A program made the translations under genes and the position numbers. From contig OX597822.1 in NCBI GenBank assembly GCA_951406725.2, positions 73,408,001 through 73,472,000 of the forward strand: DNA of 64,000 bases, given 5' to 3'. The stretch comes from Octopus vulgaris. Its lineage: Eukaryota. The notes below the pieces were generated by a model. It was not told the DNA's origin. It made no database searches and was given only the letters and a program-made list of their open reading frames with translations. Each line of letters opens with the position of its first letter. Positions within the stretch are counted from its first letter, which is position 1. This document shows positions 55,721 to 64,000 of the stretch, one piece after another.

Positions 55721-56014
55721 ATTCTAGAACAGCGGCATATACACTCTCATTGAATGTACTTACACATTACTCTACACTTAAGGACTCGCATTCATACATA
55801 CGCAACTAATTGATATTATCATAACTCTGACAAGAGAGCCTCGTCACTTCATTAGCGATCTACTTAATTTCTAAGAACTCAAATGTTCATACGTAAAGGA
55901 CATATAACATATACACGCACATACATTTTCCTGTGGGATGGAGTGTAAACGATTGTGTACATACATGAACACTTTAAATTTTGATTATAAAGTAATATTT
56001 ATACATACATCTAA

Positions 56015-56400
56015 GTAAATCGTCTTCCCATCGTTTGAAGGCCTTCCGAGTTGCCTTTTCAGATCTCTTAGATACCACTCGGTAACTGCACAGGTCTGCC
56101 TGTTGTCTGTGAACCTAGCGATATATCCGAAGCAGTGGAACTTGTGCTTTCCTTATACTTCCACCACATCGTTCACTCTGCTCCGTTCTTGAATTACTTC
56201 GTTTCGAATATGTTCCTGCAATGTTATTTCTACCATACATCTTTCCATGGCCCTTTGCATCATAGCCAACCGATTTCATCTCCCTTCGAAGTAACCCTCG
56301 TCTCACATGCATATAAGATCCTAGATAAGACGTTTTAGTTAAACGATTTGGACCAGAATGGAGAAGAGGAATGCAATCAAGAATGAAATGGAAGCACATC
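56015..56400 (-). pseudogene. RTE-clade LINE RT C-terminal fragment
   Basis: Frameshifted reading QRAMERCMVEITLQEHIRNEVI..GYIARFTDNR..VTEWYLRDLKRQLGRP. Confidence 0.75.
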
Positions 56401-56708
56401 TGATAATTTGTTCGTTACAGGTGATACAGACGATTGATGCGTATAACTATTCGCGCATTTAATTTTAAAATTAAATGAAGGGCAATAACCATTAAATGGT
56501 TAGGGTCTAGGACAAAAGAAAATTTTTTTCTAACGTAGAGCATGTACCTTTCCGTACGTCCTGCTGTCAAAATAAAGGTTTCATATTTTGGCACAGGGCT
56601 AGCAATTTCGATGGAGAGAATAAGCCGATTACATTGACCCTAATGCTAAAACGGCTTCGCATATTTTACCCCAGTGTCACTTTGATGGCATGCACTACTC
56701 TCTTACTC

Positions 56709-56772
<64 letters not shown>

Positions 56773-57993
56773 GTAATAATAATGATAGGTTCAAATTTTG
56801 GCATAAGGCCAGGAGATTTACGGGTAAGTTTAAGTCGATTCGCAACTGGTGCTTATTTTATCGACGCCGAAAGGATGAGAGGCAAATGCGACCTCGACGT
56901 TATTTGAACTTAGAACGTAAAGACGGACGAAATGTCGTTAAGCATTTTGCCCGGCATGCTGACGATTCTACTAGCGAAAGGTCAGGAATTTTTGATGGAG
57001 TGGAGTTGGTCGTTTATATTACTCAAGTACTTGACGGGTAATCTACCTCATTCTTTTTATATTATGTTGCCATATTTTTTATTCAACAGCCTCCTATACA
57101 TGTGTAAAACATACTATTTGGACAAGAATCAAAGCCATAAGACGACGGTTTGAAATCAGATCGTAATAAGTTGCAACTAAATATTGCAAAGTATTCGATC
57201 TGGTATTCAATACTGCAAATATTCTGCTTAATACCATAGATTTGCTTGTCAGTTGTTTGACCTTAACCAGTTGAGCATGTCACTTTGTGGCTGATGATAT
57301 GAGCATCTCTGATCACGAGCAGAAGTTGTGGGGAGCATTATAGCCTTTTGACCGGCCTGTTAATGAGTCTGGAGTCAAAATATCAATGTGTAAACGTTGA
57401 CCGATACTTAATCCATTAGTTCATTAAGTTAAGTCTGATTAGGCAATTAACATCTGAAATTAACAAGTACATATTTCATTTTACACTGTTTACACTGTTT
57501 ACACTGTTTACACTGTTTACACTACACGACGATTTCAGATAACCCGTTGTTTACGTAAATCTACTCGGTGTTTGTTGAGGGAGAACATATGGAAGATTGA
57601 AATACAAGTCAGTAGAGGACATTGTAAGCAGCAGCTGGCGGAACACGCGATGGCAATTGTTATTAGAATCAATTTCAATGCCAGTATAGTAAACACACGT
57701 GCCTGCTTGGTTAAACTTATAAAAACTTTACACGGAGTACGACGCAACAGCACTTAAATAAAATAGGGACCGAACTTAATTATGCATTTTACCATACAGT
57801 GTACTCGAACTGAACAGATGTGCTATCCATTACATTGTGTTGTTGTGAAAGTGGAAACCCACGGACAACATGGTGTTCTGTTAAATTAGTTGTTTGCAGT
57901 AACTGAATCTGCGGTATAGTGCAACAAGCAATTGTAGACTTGAGAAGAATAAACTCATGGTCTACAGAATTTGTAGCAGTAGTAGTAGTAGTT

Positions 57994-58045
<52 letters not shown>

Positions 58046-58399
58046 GGCGTGTCGTTGTTGTTACTATTGTATTCATTACATAATGCTGCAGCAAACTGCG
58101 AACATTGATACAATAATATTCATTACAAAATGTTACTAGTGCAAGCGATGCACTCATTGGGAACAATATAGACATACAATACTAAACAGAGGTCATGTGT
58201 GACGTTGGCGGTGGCTTTTTTTTTTTTTATCTTGATCATCGTATTGTCAGAGCGGCATAATTTGTTTGTAAATTTTGGAACCACAGACGTCTGTCTTCTT
58301 GGAATGTTACCTAAGAAAATTTTACAACCTTCTACAATCGACTTCTATGGAGTAGTGGAAAAATCAGACTCTCAAGCTAGTGAAACTCTTATCAGTTTT

Positions 58400-58619
58400 A
58401 CTGTGCTCCTGCTGCTTACTCTTTTACTTGTTTCAGTCATTTGACTGTGGCCATGCTGGAGCACCGCCTTTAGTCGACCAAATCGACTCCAGGGCTTATT
58501 CTTTGTAAGCCTAGTACTTTTTCTATCGGTCTCTTTTACCGAACCGCTTAGTTACGGGGACGTAAACTCACCAGCATCGGTTGTCAAGCGATCTTGGGGG
58601 GACAAACACAGACACACAA

Positions 58620-58678
<59 letters not shown>

Positions 58679-58820
58679 CATATATACGACGGGCTTCTGT
58701 CACAAGGCTTTGGTCGGCTCGAGGCTATAGAAGAAGACACTTGCCCAAGGTGCCAAGCAGTGGGGCTGAACCCGGAACCATGTGGTTCGTTAGCAAGCTG
58801 CTTACCACACAGCCACTCGT
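58400..58820 (-). mobile_element. SINE family B
   Basis: Reverse copy. Confidence 0.88.
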
Positions 58821-60193
58821 ACGCCTCTATGCTTGCATAGAATCACTCGATACTATCAATTTATCGATTAGACCCTTGAGTAAAATGGGGTTTTTTATCA
58901 TTTATTATACAAAAATGTTAAGATAGAAATTGATTAATAAATCCTAGAAAATGAATCGTGGTTGAACTTACAGTAATCTTAGAGAATAAACTCGACATTT
59001 CTCACCAGCTAAAAAAAAATCAGGACTTGATCGATGGGGCCCTTGTCAAGGGATGGCACACCCCTCATTCCTTATTGAAGTTAGCTTTCCACTAGTTCGT
59101 GTAGAAAATTAGTCAGGTGTCTAGACAACTGTAGAACGCCACCAAAGTGATAGGAATGGCAGCTGAAACCAGCTCAAAGTGGTTGTGACAACAGGGGAAA
59201 GCCTTCCACAAGCATCGGTTCTCTCTTCCCCACACATGCAAAGCGTACACGCAAAGAAGCAAAACGCTTGTGACCCTGATACAAAAGAGTTTCTGACATT
59301 GGAAGGGATTCAAAAGGGCTTGCGATAGTACATTTAATGAAAGAATTATTAAAGACATATATAACTCGTGGGAGAAAGAGAGAAAGATATCATCAGACGC
59401 GCGACCTAACCTGAATGTTTGCAACAGAGCGAACTCCGCTAAAGATGCCCAGCTATCAAGCAGCGGGGCATTAAACAAGAAATGGATAAAGCCTGCCATC
59501 TAACGGTCACTCCAGAGAGCCTACACATGGTTTCTGTTTCCCAGATTCTATTCATATGGCTTTGATCGATTACGGACAATGGCTTCATGCAGTGACTCCA
59601 GAGCCTTGTATCAAAACTAGCTATAAATCAACCTGATACCGCATAGTTACGAACTAATTATAGTTTATTCTAACAAGCTATAAATCTGTAATTATAAACC
59701 ACGTAATTACGAAGCAATTTTCTCAACCACACAGCTTTGCCTGACTCTATGGAAGTCGAATGATACACAAAATTAATTGTCAAACTTTGTGTTCACCTTC
59801 ATTCGTTAGAAATCTTAATTTGTTTTAAAGCAATGCTAAAAGCATATTAAGAAAAATTATTGAAAGACAACATGAATCTTTGGATACCATTTGATAGAAT
59901 CCAAAGGTTGAGGTTATTGGAGGGAGGGAGAGCTCGTTCTATTCTAATAGGTTTATTCCATTTTTGTAGAATCTGAGGATGAAAGCTATTAGGTAGAACT
60001 TATTCAATAATTTCTACAAACCATTTGGGCAGGCCCCACTGATTAGAATCCATTTGAGAGAGTTTATTGGATAGAAACTATTATGGAGAGCTTAATGAGC
60101 AGAAGCTATTGGGATTGAGTTTATTAAATATCATTGGAAAGGAATATTTAGATATCAAAAGACAAAAGTCAATTTCTGATTAAGAGTCTAAAG

Positions 60194-60417
60194 CAGTAGT
60201 TCCCAACCGGGGCCCATATAACCCTTAGGAATCCATGATTTTGCTGATAAAATTTATGTGCCATAAATTGGTTATAATTCTGCAATTCTTTTATATGTTT
60301 CCGCCCTAAGGCTGTGGCAATACTGGGACACCACCAATACACAAGATATTTTAACAAGTCTTTATACAATTCCTTATATTTAATTCCGTAAGTGGAAGAT
60401 GGTTGAGCCTAGATGTG
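60194..60417. mobile_element. hAT (Charlie-type) MITE, decayed
   Basis: Starts CAGTAGTTCCCAACC; near-identical 8-bp flanks GTCTAAAG / CTCTAAAG; right TIR degenerate. Confidence 0.6.
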
Positions 60418-61092
60418 CTCTAAAGAAACACCTTCATAGACCAAATTATGCTGGCTGTGGAAAAGTGATATCAATACGTTACTATACTATTATTGTCGCT
60501 TAGTCTAACAGAATCGTTACCACACCGGACAAAATGCTTGGCGGCACTTCTTCCGGCTCTTTACGTTCCAAGTTTGAATGCCGGCAAGGTCGATTTTTGT
60601 CCTTCGAGGTTGATAAAATAAGTACCAATTGGACACAGTACTCAAAATAATCCCTAAAATTGCTGACCTTGTGCAAAAATTGCAAATTATCATTATCGCC
60701 CAGTCTTGAAGAGCCTAGAAAGCTTACACAGTGTATTCTTTCCTTCTCAAACCGATCAAAAATAAATATTTCCTTTGTTGTAATCCGAATTATTTCAACC
60801 AAATCTTTTTTGTATATCATGGTGGAGCACGGGGGTGGGGGTATATCATGACATCACATTCTTTTCCCTATTATATGCGTTACCCCGATCTCTATGAAAA
60901 AGAAACATCTACCATTTCTTTAAAGAGCCCAGTCTTGATTTCGATTTCCAGATGACGCACCTTTACTGCATTTATACCTCTAGTTCTTTTGGTGGTAAAG
61001 CATGTAGGACACATTATCCTGTCTAAACTAAAGAAGAGATTCAACGAAACGCCATCAGCGGCAATCAGGTTTGCCACTATAGATCACATGAT

Positions 61093-61139
<47 letters not shown>

Positions 61140-61407
61140 TACACATATGTGTATATATATATATATATATACATACATACATACATACATACATACATAC
61201 ATACATACATACATACATACATACATACATACATACATACATACATACATACATACATACATACATAGAGATAGAGAGAGAGTGAGTGAATGAGTGAGTG
61301 CGTGAGTGAGTGAGTGAGTGCGTGAGTGAGTGAGTGAGTGAGTGAGTGAGTGAGTGAGTGAGTGAGTGAGTGAGTGAGTGAATGGGTAAGTGAGTGAATG
61401 GGTAAGT

Positions 61408-61440
<33 letters not shown>

Positions 61441-62186
61441 CAAGAGAATAATAAGGAAAATGACTTGTGTGTGGAAATTTTTGGACTTTAATACATTGCA
61501 ACATACGTTTCTGCATCCTAGATGCATGAGGACAATTTCACAGTCATAGGATACTATCAAATATTATTTATAATGGCTATGAATCTTGAGCATGCCTCTA
61601 TTCTATGTGCATGCTTCATCAGGAATTTGACGTTAATGGTTTGTAGCTAGTCTGATGTTTACAATTAAGAACATTTACCATTATACAAGTCAGAGAGCTC
61701 CGTTAGGTTTTTGGGAGTTATTTGTTAATTGTCACAACTTTTCAAAGAGAGAGATAAAGACAGAATAGAAAATGAGAAAAAGAGGAGAAATATATAAACA
61801 TACACGACGGTCTTCTATGCAGTTTCCGTCAGCCAAATTTACTCTCAAGGCACGGGTCGGTCCGGAATAAACCCGAAACCATATGTTTGCAAAATGTGCT
61901 TCTTAACCACAGTGCAACGTCTGTGCCTGACTATGATGACAGCGGATGTGTGGCAAACGAGATTATCCTATAAATTTATTCTGTTTTTTAAGGTGGTAGC
62001 GTATGATTTAAGGGGAATTTGGTTGTCCTTTTTAGAAAATGAAACAACCACGTAGAAACTCACTCGTAGGCTGAAGCCGTTGTTTTTGTTCTTGTTACTT
62101 TTGTTAATATGGTGCGTAGTAAATGAAGTTACTAATTTAATCTTCGTTTTCTGATATTTTGCAATTTTTCAGATGAGCGCCGTAAA

Positions 62187-63065
62187 ATGTATGTACTATT
62201 GATCACCGTACTTACGATCGGTCTGGTAAGCTCCACCTTGGTGGAAAATGAACTGCTGCAACACCAACCCAACAAGACGTCTATGAAGGAAGAGCACCTG
62301 AACGTATCGAGCAACAACCTGGAGGTCAACAGACGTATTAGAAAACAACGGTCGACGAAACATGCTAAGATATCTAAATCGTTATGGGGAAGTATTTTGT
62401 ATCGAAATAAATTTATCTTCGACAGAGAATTCAACTATCCGAACGTTCTTTCGGGAAAGCTGAAACCGAACGGGCACAACTGGTTTACCATCCTTCCAAC
62501 TCCTGTGCTGACGCATACAGTGTCTCTCCGCACGATTGTTGGTTTGTATATAACTACTTTGGGACACAAAAGAATCAATAAGGTTATGTCTGAAGCTGTA
62601 AGGTTCCGTAAGGACAGTGAAACATTTACTAAATCCCATTGGGCTGAATCTCACCTCCTGTATTATATTACGTTCTTGAAAGAAGGGATTTGTACGTTTG
62701 GTATAGTCAGCTTAAACAACGATATTTATGAAAACGACTCGTCTTATACTCATTTTCTCCTGGTTACCAATGATTACCTCTTGACTTCTGCGTACCTCTA
62801 CAAGCACGCTGTGTCCAAATACAAACAGATCTATAGCAAAATATCCTTCCCCAGTGTGCTAAACATCATGAAACGGTGTCTTAGCAACCTGCCTTCTGCC
62901 AGACAATGCAAGAACAACAAAAGTGACATTCTCACCAAATATAAATGTTTACCATATTGCAAACGGGACAATTCATGTCATAAAAAAACTGAATCTTTTC
63001 CAAAACTAATGACCCATGTTTTATATTTCTTTATTTCAGAATTCTCTGCCTATCAGATGGAATAG
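62187..63065 (+). CDS. Putative secreted protein of unknown family (292 aa)
   Basis: Only long non-repetitive ORF. Strong acceptor (TTTTGCAATTTTTCAG) ends at 62172; hydrophobic signal-like N-terminus; RRIRKQR basic processing-like site; Cys cluster near the C-terminus. Confidence 0.65.
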   Translation: MYVLLITVLTIGLVSSTLVENELLQHQPNKTSMKEEHLNVSSNNLEVNRRIRKQRSTKHAKISKSLWGSILYRNKFIFDREFNYPNVLSGKLKPNGHNWFTILPTPVLTHTVSLRTIVGLYITTLGHKRINKVMSEAVRFRKDSETFTKSHWAESHLLYYITFLKEGICTFGIVSLNNDIYENDSSYTHFLLVTNDYLLTSAYLYKHAVSKYKQIYSKISFPSVLNIMKRCLSNLPSARQCKNNKSDILTKYKCLPYCKRDNSCHKKTESFPKLMTHVLYFFISEFSAYQME

Positions 63066-63304
63066 ATGCTTTCAACAGCGAACGATTTCGTCTCTTCAAA
63101 TAGTAGACAGAGATAAAAGGCTGGGTTGGGTGGATATGATATTACGAATCGAAATTATCTAAATTTATAAACTTCAGTTCTTACCAATTCTAGACATACC
63201 ACTTCATTCTTTTTTTGTCAAGATCAAAGAATAATATAAATTTATATTCCTATATTTGTTCATTATTTTCAAAAGTAACCATAAAACAATTTGAAGAGTA
63301 ATAA

Positions 63305-63520
63305 CCGTTTCTAATTTAGACACAAAGCCAGAAATGTTAAAGTGAAGAAAGTTAATCGATTACATTGATCAGTACTAGACTGGTACTTTATTTTATGGAC
63401 TCCCAGGGAGTAAAAGGAAATGCTGACCACGGTAAGATTTGAACACAGAACATAATGAGCCAATTAAATATCCCAAGGAAATTTTTTTGATGACGCTCTG
63501 ACGATTCTGTCAGCTTTCAA
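63305..63520 (-). mobile_element. Decayed SINE family A
   Basis: Reverse core motifs (CTGGTACTTTATTTTAT..GATTTGAAC). Confidence 0.6.
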
Positions 63521-64000
63521 CCTTCATGAAAGTTAATAACAACAAGAGCGAAATTTGAAATGTCGATGTGTTGATCTGAACGTATATAGAATAGTTTGTT
63601 CGAACGGGTGAGATGATGATCTAGCTGGGATGTTATCTAAAGTAACTTGCTCCCAAGTACCACGGTAAGACATAAAAAAAACCTGTTTGTATCCTCATAC
63701 ATCTGCAAGTTTGTCACGATTTCTCAATTAAAATTTCACCCAGATCATTCGACTATTGATTTCTAATCACCAAAGTGGATGATAATGTTAGCAGCAGTAT
63801 TATGCTGAGATACGTCTGTTCAAATTCTAAAATAATTCATAAAAACTATTCTAACTCTGGTAACCAAACCGTACAGCCGTAAGGTTCATTCCGTAAGAAA
63901 AAAACTTTAGTTTTAACATGGCTTGGATTCAATAATTTTCTAATGAAACTCTTTGGAGGACAACTTTATTCGTAGTTTCCACCTTTCTCTTCTTGGACTT

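Noticed and set aside
57789-58175. 128-aa minus ORF as a host exon
   Set aside because: Largely a (CTA)n tract with no recognisable domain; splice signals are weak.
62634-62660. HWAESHLL as a deaminase or metalloprotease motif
   Set aside because: Spacing fits neither HxE (and there is no PCxxC) nor HExxH.

Overview
Eukaryotic, AT-rich, gene-poor DNA packed with microsatellites and repeats. The SINE families and repeat landscape look like an octopus (coleoid cephalopod) intron or intergenic region; that assignment is inference. Almost all ORFs in the track are (TA)n/(TACA)n/(CA)n artefacts. Recognisable content: three tRNA-derived SINE families in dozens of copies, decayed Penelope-like (PLE), R4/Dong-type RLE, RTE, CR1 and Gypsy fragments, a hAT transposase fossil, mariner/Tc2/hAT MITEs, a non-autonomous Helitron, and one plausible host CDS (62187-63065, secreted-type). 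The main hidden signal is a dense set of about 15 type I hammerhead ribozyme (HHR) motifs read by eye on both strands, from several unrelated short repeat families. Nearly all have the short palindromic stem III typical of PLE-associated dimer-acting HHRs. The tertiary 3-8 core pair occurs in three covarying forms: canonical C3-G8, U3-A8 (UUGANAA) and G3-C8 (GUGANCA), so a CUGANGA search would miss the latter two. Several sit at the centre of fold-back (inverted) insertions in (TA)n tracts, and one family forms a retrozyme-like tandem array (48450-49194). No activity is shown; all structures are manual folds.
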